Assembly (NCBI GenBank): GCA_028718785.1
Contig: JAQULB010000002.1
Coordinates: 20,750 to 84,749 of the forward strand
Source: Minisyncoccota bacterium
GTDB lineage: Bacteria; Patescibacteriota; Minisyncoccia; Minisyncoccales; CG1-02-41-26
Direction of reading: 5' to 3'
Length of the DNA: 64,000 nt
Of the stretch, positions 8,323-16,180 are shown piece after piece. Both the position numbers and the translations under genes were made by a program. The notes below the pieces were generated by a model, which saw only the letters and a program-made list of their open reading frames with translations, searched no databases and was not told the origin of the DNA. Within the stretch, counting starts at the first letter, position 1, and each line of letters starts with the position of its first letter.

Positions 8323-8360
8323 ATGTGTAATTTTTGTGCGGTCGCATAATAATTACACAT
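8323..8360. repeat. right terminal inverted repeat / hairpin of PaaX-like module 1
   Basis: atgtgtaatttttgtgcggtcgcataataattacacat equals the reverse complement of the left arm with one mismatch and one 1-nt indel. Confidence 0.9.
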
Positions 8361-8431
8361 TGTGATTGGGGAGGAGTTTTTATAATATAACTTTTATAAT
8401 ATAATAAAAAATAAGTATAAGAATGTAAGCC

Positions 8432-9028
8432 ATGCAGACAGAGTACGAGGCGACTTTTATAAATATTGATAAGGATGAAATTAGAGAAAAACTCAAAAAG
8501 GTTGGGGCAATTTTGGTTAAGCCAGAGATTTTAATGAAAAGATATATTTTTTATTTACCACAAGGTCATGATAAGCCAGGCGCCTTTGTGAGAGTTAGAG
8601 ACGAGGGAGACAAAATTACAATGAGTTTTAAAGTTATTGCTCGTGGTGGTTCTGCAAACATAGAAGACCAGAAAGAGCTTTGTTTAACAATAGATAGCTT
8701 TAACAATGCTGTTGAATTTTTAAAAGAAATGGGTTGCACAGAAAAAGCATACCAAGAAAGTAAAAGAGAAGTTTGGCAGATAATTGAAACTGAAATTTGT
8801 ATTGACGAGTGGCCGTTTTTGGAGCCGTTTGTGGAAGTTGAAGGTCCAAGCGAACAAGAGGTTAAAGATGTTTCAGAAAAATTGGGCTTTGATTATAGTC
8901 AGGCATTATTTTGTGCTGTTGGCACAATTTATGCTAAAAAATATGGCAAATATAATATTGATGAAAAGAGAATCAATAACGAAACTCCCCGCATTGTGTT
9001 TGATATGGAAAATCCGTTTGTTAAATAA
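8432..9028 (+). CDS. CYTH-domain protein (class IV adenylate cyclase / triphosphatase-like)
   Basis: N-terminal EYEATF (ExExK-like start); size and acidic/basic alternation typical of the CYTH barrel. Confidence 0.6.
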   Translation: MQTEYEATFINIDKDEIREKLKKVGAILVKPEILMKRYIFYLPQGHDKPGAFVRVRDEGDKITMSFKVIARGGSANIEDQKELCLTIDSFNNAVEFLKEMGCTEKAYQESKREVWQIIETEICIDEWPFLEPFVEVEGPSEQEVKDVSEKLGFDYSQALFCAVGTIYAKKYGKYNIDEKRINNETPRIVFDMENPFVK

Positions 9029-9046
9029 GGTACTATTAAAATAAAT

Positions 9047-9092
9047 AAAAAGGCCCATAGGAAATTCGGAAATCCTGCGAGGCCTTTTAATT
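9047..9092. terminator. bidirectional terminator-like hairpin
   Basis: aaaaggccc...aggcctttt with flanking A-run and T-run, between convergent genes. Confidence 0.55.
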
Positions 9093-9121
9093 TTTTATAT
9101 TGCTCAATATGCCCTTGTCCA

Positions 9122-9334
9122 TTAGGAGGACAATCCGAATGGTTTTATCGAGCACAGATGAGCCAATTCCTCAAAATTCCACCGCTTCAAGTCCTCAGCT
9201 CTTGTGAGGTAATTACTACGCCGTATAGCTAAAAGAAACACGATGGTTTTTTGAGGGTTGAAAAAATGAACAGATTCCTCTGGGAGAGGAATTTCGATCT
9301 GCGGCATAAGAACCGCGAAAAGCATAGAGTTCAT
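9122..9334 (-). CDS. hypothetical 70-aa protein
   Basis: Internal ATG of the 104-aa track ORF, preceded by GGAGGG at 4 nt. The region is visibly more G+C-rich than its flanks. No motif recognised. Confidence 0.35.
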   Translation of the reverse strand: MNSMLFAVLMPQIEIPLPEESVHFFNPQKTIVFLLAIRRSNYLTRAEDLKRWNFEELAHLCSIKPFGLSS

Positions 9335-9491
9335 TTTACCCTCCAGAGTTGACCTCTTCCTCAGAAGAGGCGAATTGATTTGTGTTAACTTTTGATTAAC
9401 AACTTTTATATTATAGATATTTTTTAAAAAAAGCAAGAATTTAATTTGAAAGTTTTAGCGAAAAATAGTACATTAAAGATAACTTTATAAT

Positions 9492-12400
9492 ATGGAAAAT
9501 GATTTTGTAAAAAAAGAAAAAGAGATATTAAAGTTTTGGGAGGATATTGGACTCTTGGAAAAGCTGAAAGAAAAAAATACCCTTCAGCATACTCAGGGCA
9601 GGGGCAAACCGTGGAGTTTTTTAGATGGCCCAATCACCGCCAACAATCCAATGGGCGTTCATCACGCCTGGGGAAGAACATATAAGGACTTATTTCAAAG
9701 GTTTAAATCAATGCAAGGGTTTAGCGAAAGATTTCAAAATGGGTTTGATTGCCAAGGGCTTTGGGTGGAAGTGGAAGTGGAAAAAGAGCTTGGCTTTAAA
9801 AATAAAAAAGATATTGAAAAATACGGCATTGCTAATTTTGTGAACAAATGCAAAGAACGGGTGCATAAATATTCAAAAATTCAAACCCAACAATCCATAA
9901 GATTGGGTATGTTGCGGGATTGGGGCAACTGGCAAACTGAGTTTGATGAAAAAGGCGAGTGGATGCAAAAAGCCCACTCTTATTACACAATGTCTCCTGA
10001 AAATAATTATGCTATTTGGCATTTTTTAAAAAAATGTCACGAAAAAGGGCTTTTATACAAAGGCCATGATGTGGTGGCTTGGTGTCCAAGGTGCGGCACA
10101 GCTATAAGTCAGCATGAAATCTTAACTGAAGAATATAAAGAAATAACCCACAAAGCAATTTATTTTAAACTGCCGGTTGTTGGAGAAAACGACACTTACT
10201 TTTTGGCTTGGACAACTACTCCCTGGACATTACCCGCCAATGTTTTTTTATCAGTTAATCCAGAATTTATTTACGCAAAAATAGCTGACCCAAAAACTGG
10301 CGAGATTTATATTTTATTAAAAGACAAAGCCAGCTTAATTGAAAATGGTCAAATTTTAGAAACATTTAAAGGTAAAGCATTAGAAGATAAAAAATACATT
10401 GGACTTTTTGATGAGCTACCTGCTGTGAAGGAGGCATTAAAAAATTATCAACATAAAGTTATTTTATGGAAGGATGTTACAGCTGAAGAAGGCACAGGGG
10501 TTGTGCATTCTGCTCCGGGGTGTGGGCAAGAAGATTTTGTTTTGGGGAAAGAACGGGAGTTGCCTGTTATTAATCCCACCAACGATGAAAGCTGTTACAT
10601 TGATGGTTTTGGTGAGTTAACAGGGCATTTTGTGGGTAAAGAACTTGTGAGAGATTTTATTTTTGAAAATTTAAAAGCCAAAAATTTGGTTTACGAAATA
10701 GAGGATTACACTCATAGGTACCCAACTTGTTGGAGATGTAAAAGTGAGCTGATTTTTCGCTTGGTTGACGAATGGTATATAGCGATGACAAAGTCATCGA
10801 ATTCAAAAATCAAAATTCAAAAATCAAAAAAAATAGAAGAAGACCTGAGAGGTGAGTTAATGAAATCGGTTAAGAAAATAAACTGGATGCCAGGGTTTTG
10901 TTTGGAAAGAGAGCTTGATTGGTTAAAGAATATGCATGATTGGCTTATTTCTAAAAAAAGATATTGGGGCTTGGCTTTGCCGATTTATGAATGCTCTGAA
11001 TGCAAAAATTTTGAGGTTATTGGCTCAAAAGAAGAATTGCAAAAAAGAGCGATTGAGGGTTGGGAGGAATTTGAAGGCAATTCTCCCCACAGGCCCTGGA
11101 TTGATAAAATAAAAATAAGATGCTCAAAATGTAACGCTGTTGTTAGCCGAATTTTTGATGTTGGCAACCCGTGGCTGGATGCAGGCATTGTGCCATTTTC
11201 AACTATTAGCGATGATAACAGGCACGAAAATATTCCATATTTTCATAACAATAAAAAAGAGTGGGACAAGTGGTTTCCTATTGATTTGGTTTGTGAAAGT
11301 TTTCCCGGGCAGTTTAAGAATTGGTTTTATGTTTTATTGGTAATGAGTCAGGTTTTAGAAAACAAAACTCCTTTTAAAAATTTATTGGGGTTTGCTTCAG
11401 TGGTGGATGAAAAGGGTGAGGAAATGCATAAATCCAAAGGCAATGCTATTTGGTTTGACGAGGCAGTGGAAAAAATTGGAGCTGATGTGATGCGCTGGAT
11501 GTATGTTACGCAAAACCCAGCAAATAATATGCGATTTGGCTACAATGTGGCTAAAGAAACTGAAAGAAAAATTTTAACCCTAACTAATTGTGTTAAGTTT
11601 TTTGAAACATACGCAGACAAATCAAAAATCAAAAATCAAAATTCAAAAATACAAATTCAAAATTCAAAAAACATTCTAGACAAATGGATAATATCTAAAT
11701 TGAATAATTTAATAAAAGAGGCAACTGAAAGTTTGGAAAAATTTGATCCAATGAAGGTCTGTTTGGCAATTGAAAGTTTTTGGATCAATGATTTGTCGCT
11801 TTGGTATTTGAGGCGTTCTCGAAAAAGATTTCAAAGCTCTGAAAACCCAGAAGACAGAGAGCAAGGAGAGCAAGTTTTTTATGAAGTTTTGTTAACAATT
11901 TGCAAGTTAATTGGGCCATTTATGCCATTTTTAGCTGAAGATATTTATCAGCAGTTAAAAAGTAAGGATATGCCAGAGTCAGCGCATTTGTGTGATTGGC
12001 CCAAGGAAAACAAAAAATTTATTGACCAAAGTTTAGAAAAAGAAATGCAAGAGGTTCGAGAAGTTGTTTCTTTGGCTTTAGCTAAAAGAGCGGAGGTTGG
12101 TATTGGGGTAAGGCAAGCGCTCGCTTCGCTTAAAATTCGAAATCCGAAATTCGAAATCCGAAACAAAGAGGAATTTTTAGCTTTAATAAAAGATGAAGTA
12201 AATGTGAAAGAGATTGTTTTTGATGAGAAAATTAAAGACGAAATTGAGCTGGATACAGAGATTTCAGAAGAGCTAAAAAAAGAAGGGCTTATTAGGGAAA
12301 TTATTAGAAACATTCAAAGCTTAAGAAAAAAAGCAGGTTTAACTCCAAACGACGCAGACATTGTGATTAACTATTTTGCTGGCGAAAAAATAGTTAAAGT

Positions 12401-12614
12401 TTTAAAAGAAAACCAAAAACAAATTTTAGAAAGCACTCGTTCAAAAGAAATAAAAGAAATCAAAGAAAGACAACCTGTCCGCAATGCTTCGCCCGTCAAC
12501 AACGCTTCGCGTAGCGATGCGGGCTGGCATAGCGATGCGGGCGGGGGAGAATTTTTGGCCCAATCTGAATTCAAAATAGATGAGGAATCGGCTTGGTTTG
12601 GGTTAGGAAAATAG
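9492..12614 (+). CDS. ileS: isoleucyl-tRNA synthetase
   Basis: PMGVHHAWGRT (HIGH-type), MHKSKGN (KMSKS-type), CP1 editing domain and Cys pairs. Carries three heptamer tracts and a GC-rich C-terminal tract. Confidence 0.95.
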   Translation: MENDFVKKEKEILKFWEDIGLLEKLKEKNTLQHTQGRGKPWSFLDGPITANNPMGVHHAWGRTYKDLFQRFKSMQGFSERFQNGFDCQGLWVEVEVEKELGFKNKKDIEKYGIANFVNKCKERVHKYSKIQTQQSIRLGMLRDWGNWQTEFDEKGEWMQKAHSYYTMSPENNYAIWHFLKKCHEKGLLYKGHDVVAWCPRCGTAISQHEILTEEYKEITHKAIYFKLPVVGENDTYFLAWTTTPWTLPANVFLSVNPEFIYAKIADPKTGEIYILLKDKASLIENGQILETFKGKALEDKKYIGLFDELPAVKEALKNYQHKVILWKDVTAEEGTGVVHSAPGCGQEDFVLGKERELPVINPTNDESCYIDGFGELTGHFVGKELVRDFIFENLKAKNLVYEIEDYTHRYPTCWRCKSELIFRLVDEWYIAMTKSSNSKIKIQKSKKIEEDLRGELMKSVKKINWMPGFCLERELDWLKNMHDWLISKKRYWGLALPIYECSECKNFEVIGSKEELQKRAIEGWEEFEGNSPHRPWIDKIKIRCSKCNAVVSRIFDVGNPWLDAGIVPFSTISDDNRHENIPYFHNNKKEWDKWFPIDLVCESFPGQFKNWFYVLLVMSQVLENKTPFKNLLGFASVVDEKGEEMHKSKGNAIWFDEAVEKIGADVMRWMYVTQNPANNMRFGYNVAKETERKILTLTNCVKFFETYADKSKIKNQNSKIQIQNSKNILDKWIISKLNNLIKEATESLEKFDPMKVCLAIESFWINDLSLWYLRRSRKRFQSSENPEDREQGEQVFYEVLLTICKLIGPFMPFLAEDIYQQLKSKDMPESAHLCDWPKENKKFIDQSLEKEMQEVREVVSLALAKRAEVGIGVRQALASLKIRNPKFEIRNKEEFLALIKDEVNVKEIVFDEKIKDEIELDTEISEELKKEGLIREIIRNIQSLRKKAGLTPNDADIVINYFAGEKIVKVLKENQKQILESTRSKEIKEIKERQPVRNASPVNNASRSDAGWHSDAGGGEFLAQSEFKIDEESAWFGLGK
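10801..10828. repeat. heptamer tandem repeat inside ileS (attcaaa/aatcaaa x4)
   Basis: Read directly; encodes NSKIKIQKSKK. Confidence 0.85.
11619..11667. repeat. heptamer tandem repeat inside ileS (aaatcaa x3, aattcaa, aaataca, aattcaa x2)
   Basis: Seven 7-bp units; encodes KSKIKNQNSKIQIQNSK. Confidence 0.85.
12133..12160. repeat. heptamer tandem repeat inside ileS (aaattcg/aaatccg x4)
   Basis: Encodes KIRNPKFEIRNK. Confidence 0.85.
12474..12548. repeat. GC-rich internally repetitive tract in the ileS C-terminal region
   Basis: ...aatgcttcgcccgtcaacaacgcttcgcgtagcgatgcgggctggcatagcgatgcgggcggggg. Direct sub-repeats (tagcgatgcgggc x2) and complementary cgcttcgc/gcgatgcg. Encodes PVRNASPVNNASRSDAGWHSDAGGG. 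Confidence 0.75.
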
Positions 12615-12949
12615 CTCAAAGGAATTGCTTTTTTTTATTTTTATAGTAGGATTTTAGTATAAGCTTGTTTAGCTTATATATCTTTAATAAAAAGGAGGGT
12701 TGATGCAACATGAGACAATTCGTGTCTTTTGCAGGATAGAATTTACAGAGGAAAAACAAAAAAAAGAGGCGCACCCCTCTACTCAAAAGATTTTATAACC
12801 TTCGTTTAATCCCTAAACCTGCAAGGGGGCAAACGAGCAAGATTATAAAGTTTTGGTGCATACCTGGTAGAGTAACGCTTGTAGAAGCACTACCAGGATT
12901 TTATTTATTAAAAAAAATGTTAAGATTTAACTAATATTAGTTTATTATT

Positions 12950-13351
12950 ATGGGCATATTAGATAAAGTTCCAAATTTGTTCAAAGAGGGGGGAATGAGA
13001 AGTTTTAGAAAAAGCAGTTTTAAAAAATTTGACAAAAAGGCCTTGTTTCCTGGTCGAAGAGATTTTATTAAAAGAGAAGAGGTTATAAAAAAGATAACAT
13101 TGGATAAAACTCGTATTCCCAAAACTGGTTGGGCTCCAGCCATTAGGGGCAGTTATTTAAGCCGAACTAAAAGGAAAGAATTGGCGGAAAATCTTTTTCC
13201 CAAAGAAAAATTTGGCGATTATATATCAAAAAAGAAGTTTAAAGAAATGATGATTGACTTGCAAAAGAAAACAAAAGAATATAAGCCCTCTATGGAAAAG
13301 TTTCAGGCCCAGCAAAAATACGATTATTTAAAGAAAAAATCAGGGCTATAA
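12950..13351 (+). CDS. hypothetical basic protein
   Basis: 133-aa Lys/Arg-rich ORF whose stop overlaps the recO start; no motif recognised. Confidence 0.45.
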   Translation: MGILDKVPNLFKEGGMRSFRKSSFKKFDKKALFPGRRDFIKREEVIKKITLDKTRIPKTGWAPAIRGSYLSRTKRKELAENLFPKEKFGDYISKKKFKEMMIDLQKKTKEYKPSMEKFQAQQKYDYLKKKSGL

Positions 13352-14088
13352 TGCATCAACACTATCGGACAAAGGGGATTGTTTTGTTAAAAAAGGATTC
13401 TGGGGAGGCGGACCAGATTTTTGTTTTATACACACAAGATTTTGGCAGAATAGAAGTGGTTGGCAAAGCAATTCGCAAAATTACATCAAAATTAAAGTCC
13501 AATATTGATGTTTTTTATTTTATTGAAGTGGAGTTTATTCAGGGTAAAAGCAAGAAAATTTTAACTGATGCTGTTGTTATTGATAAATTTTTGAGTTTGC
13601 GGAAAAATTTTAAAAAGCTTGTTTGTGTTAGTCAAATAGCCAAAGCCGTTAGCGCTTTAGCAAATAAAGAACAAATAGATGGCAATGTTTGGGAACTGCT
13701 TTTAAAAACCTTTAAAGCAATTGAAAATTTAGTAATTGAAAATTCATTGGAAATTTTAAAGCATTACTTTTTATGGAATTTTTTTTCTTTGCTGGGTTAT
13801 TCTCCAGAGCTTTTCGTTTGCTCAGTTTGTTCACAAAAGCTTTTGCCCCAAACATTTTTTTTGTCTCCCCATCATGGAGGAGTGGTTTGTTGGGAGTGTT
13901 GCAATAAAATGCAAAAACAAAATCAGCAATTTATATTTAGCGAAATTTCAGTTAACGCAGTTAAGCTTGTTAGGTTTTTAATCAATCAGCCAATAGAGAT
14001 GTCTCAAAGATTAAGTTTTTGCGGAAATGATTTGCACGAACTAACAAGGGTGAGTGATGCTTATTTTAATTTTTTAATTGGAGGATAA
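13351..14088 (+). CDS. recO: DNA repair protein RecO
   Basis: N-terminal OB pattern (YRTKGIVLLKKDSGEADQIFVLYTQDFGRIEVVGKA) and zinc finger CSVC...CWEC. Confidence 0.85.
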   Translation: MHQHYRTKGIVLLKKDSGEADQIFVLYTQDFGRIEVVGKAIRKITSKLKSNIDVFYFIEVEFIQGKSKKILTDAVVIDKFLSLRKNFKKLVCVSQIAKAVSALANKEQIDGNVWELLLKTFKAIENLVIENSLEILKHYFLWNFFSLLGYSPELFVCSVCSQKLLPQTFFLSPHHGGVVCWECCNKMQKQNQQFIFSEISVNAVKLVRFLINQPIEMSQRLSFCGNDLHELTRVSDAYFNFLIGG

Positions 14089-14093
14089 AACGG

Positions 14094-14121
14094 TTGACTT
14101 TGATAGCTTTTAAGCTATAAA
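14094..14121 (+). promoter_or_regulatory. sigma70-like promoter TTGACT-16-TATAAA
   Basis: Hexamers and spacing read directly; lies upstream of the small ORF at 14174. Confidence 0.5.
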
Positions 14122-14173
14122 GTAGACAGTGTTATTAATTTTTAAACAGAGCTTTATTTTGGAGGAATCAAAA

Positions 14174-14365
14174 ATGTCATCACCAACTTTGAGCTTAACA
14201 TCGACAACATTTCTAATGTTAGCCAGTAACTCCAACTCTATTATTAAAAGAAGCATAGGAACAGGAGGTAGAAATAAAAATCTCGATGTGGGGGTGGAGA
14301 AAAGGCGATACTTTAAAGACAGTAAGAAGTTTTCTGACGGGAGAGCTTACTGTCGGAGATGTTAA
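14174..14365 (+). CDS. hypothetical 63-aa basic protein
   Basis: ATG 7 nt after GGAGGA, with its own promoter and terminator. MSSPTLSLTSTTFLML...RRYFKDSKKFSDGRAYCRRC. Confidence 0.45.
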   Translation: MSSPTLSLTSTTFLMLASNSNSIIKRSIGTGGRNKNLDVGVEKRRYFKDSKKFSDGRAYCRRC

Positions 14366-14383
14366 CTAAAAAGTTGTAAGACG

Positions 14384-14423
14384 GGGCGCAGGGAAGTATT
14401 CTCCTTGTGCCCTGTTGTTTTTT
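14384..14423 (+). terminator. intrinsic terminator
   Basis: 11-bp stem gggcgcaggga/tccttgtgccc (two G-U pairs) followed by tgttgtttttt. Confidence 0.65.
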
Positions 14424-14431
14424 ATAAAGTG

Positions 14432-14460
14432 TTGAAAATGGCTGGTGAAAAGAGTAAAAT
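14432..14460 (+). promoter_or_regulatory. sigma70-like promoter TTGAAA-17-TAAAAT
   Basis: Read directly; about 45 nt upstream of the 14504 ORF. Confidence 0.5.
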
Positions 14461-14503
14461 AAAATCATCAAATTAACCTGTTAGTTTTTAAGCAAAATTA
14501 TAT

Positions 14504-16156
14504 ATGCGTAAATTTTTAACTTTTTTTCTTTTATCAATGGCTTTTTTGTCAGCCATTGCTTTTTGGTATTGGCGGGGAAATATTTATTCAAAAGAGGTTT
14601 TAAAAATTGAAATTTTGGGGCCAGAACAAATTCAATCAGGAGATGAAATCGACTACACAGTTAAATTTAAAAACAATGGCAAGGTGCGTCTTGAATCAGC
14701 TGAATTGGTTTTTGAGTATCCAAGCAACGCATCACCCGTTGAAGACACAGAACAAAGGGTTACAAAAAAATTAGAAGATATATATCCGGGAGAGGAACGA
14801 ACAGCTGTTTTTAAGGCAATAGGCATTAGCAAAGAGGGTGATGTGCTGCAGGCCCAGGCGTCGCTCACCTACAACCCCAAAAATTTAAAAGCTAGATACG
14901 AATCAACAACTAATTTAGCAACCAAAATTACTTTTGTGCCTTTAACTTTAGAGTTTGATTTGCCAGTTAAGGCCGAACAAGGAGGGGATTTAAGTTTTAC
15001 GGTAAATTATTTTTCTAATATGGATGTTACCTTAGAAAATTTGCGCTTAAAGGTTATTTATCCCTCTGGGTTTTTCTTTCAAAGCGCAAATCCAAAAGGG
15101 TTAGACATTGGAGAATGGTCATTACCCACCTTAACTCAAGCTAATGGAGGCAGAGTTAATATTAAAGGCCAGCTAAGCGGAACGCAGGGTGAAAGAAAAG
15201 TTTTTAAAGCTCAGGTGGGCATTATTAAAGACGGGGGATTTATGATTTTAAAGGAGGTTACGGGCTCCATAGAAATTTCAGACCCTTCTGTTTTTGTGTC
15301 CCAAATGATAAACGGCTCCCAAGCCGGTTCAGTTGGCATTGGAAATTTACTTCATTATGAAGTTTATTTTAAAAATATTGGAGCCACTGACATAGAAAAA
15401 AAGTTTCTTTTGGTAAAATTAAACAGCGATTTTTTTGACCTCAGTAGTTTAAAAACAGAAAACGGCAGTGTGGGGCAAGGGGATAACTCTATTATTTTTG
15501 ATTGGAAGGATGTGCAAAGCTTGCGTTTCTTGGGCGCTGGGGAAGAGGGAAAGGTGGAGTTTTGGGTGAAAACAAAAGATATTTCTTTTAGCCGAAAAAT
15601 TACAAATCCTATTTTGCGAGATACAATTTCTTTAAGCGGAGTGGAAAAGGTTTTTGAAACAAAACTGCAAGGAAAAGTTGATTTTGCCCAAAAAGTTATG
15701 TTTATCAATGACGCTTTTCCCAGTGTTGGGCTAACTCCTCCAACAGTTGGAACAAGCACAACCTATTCTGTTTTTTGGCAGATTAAAAATTATTGGAACG
15801 GCTTAAACAATGTAAAAGTAAAAGCGATTTTGCCTCCCAATGTTAGGTTAACCGGCCAAACAAATCCCCAAGACGCTCCTCTCACATTTGATTCAGCTTC
15901 TCGAGAGGTGGTTTGGTCAATTGGGAGTATGGGGGCTTTTCAGGGGTTTGACGCTCCATATACAATGGCGTTTCAAATTGAGTTAACTCCTGATATTTCA
16001 CAGGTTGGAGCAACAGCCCCATTGATTGGTGAGGCTCAAATAACAGGAGAGGATAGTTTTTCTGGCACGCCTATTTCAGAAAGATCAGAAGCAGAAGATA
16101 CTGCTTTGCCCCCAAATTACTCAACTAACGGGGACTCTGGAATAGTAAAACAATAG
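14504..16156 (+). CDS. membrane-anchored extracellular protein with beta-rich repeat domains (DUF11/CARDB-like)
   Basis: N-terminal TM helix followed by repeated roughly 110-aa segments of similar beta-strand-rich composition; no catalytic motif. Confidence 0.5.
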   Translation: MRKFLTFFLLSMAFLSAIAFWYWRGNIYSKEVLKIEILGPEQIQSGDEIDYTVKFKNNGKVRLESAELVFEYPSNASPVEDTEQRVTKKLEDIYPGEERTAVFKAIGISKEGDVLQAQASLTYNPKNLKARYESTTNLATKITFVPLTLEFDLPVKAEQGGDLSFTVNYFSNMDVTLENLRLKVIYPSGFFFQSANPKGLDIGEWSLPTLTQANGGRVNIKGQLSGTQGERKVFKAQVGIIKDGGFMILKEVTGSIEISDPSVFVSQMINGSQAGSVGIGNLLHYEVYFKNIGATDIEKKFLLVKLNSDFFDLSSLKTENGSVGQGDNSIIFDWKDVQSLRFLGAGEEGKVEFWVKTKDISFSRKITNPILRDTISLSGVEKVFETKLQGKVDFAQKVMFINDAFPSVGLTPPTVGTSTTYSVFWQIKNYWNGLNNVKVKAILPPNVRLTGQTNPQDAPLTFDSASREVVWSIGSMGAFQGFDAPYTMAFQIELTPDISQVGATAPLIGEAQITGEDSFSGTPISERSEAEDTALPPNYSTNGDSGIVKQ

Positions 16157-16180
16157 GTGTCAATAACTAATTGAAAAGAT

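Noticed and set aside
9100-9491. Possible T-box riboswitch leader for ileS on the plus strand
   Set aside because: No T-box consensus (..GGUGGUACCGCG..-like), no recognisable specifier-loop/AGAGA Stem I architecture, and the only terminator-like hairpin lacks a U-run. The idea rests on context only.
10801-11667. Tandem short repeats as a CRISPR array
   Set aside because: The units are 7 bp and contiguous without spacers, and they lie inside open reading frames. There are no cas genes. These are microsatellite-like arrays, not CRISPR.
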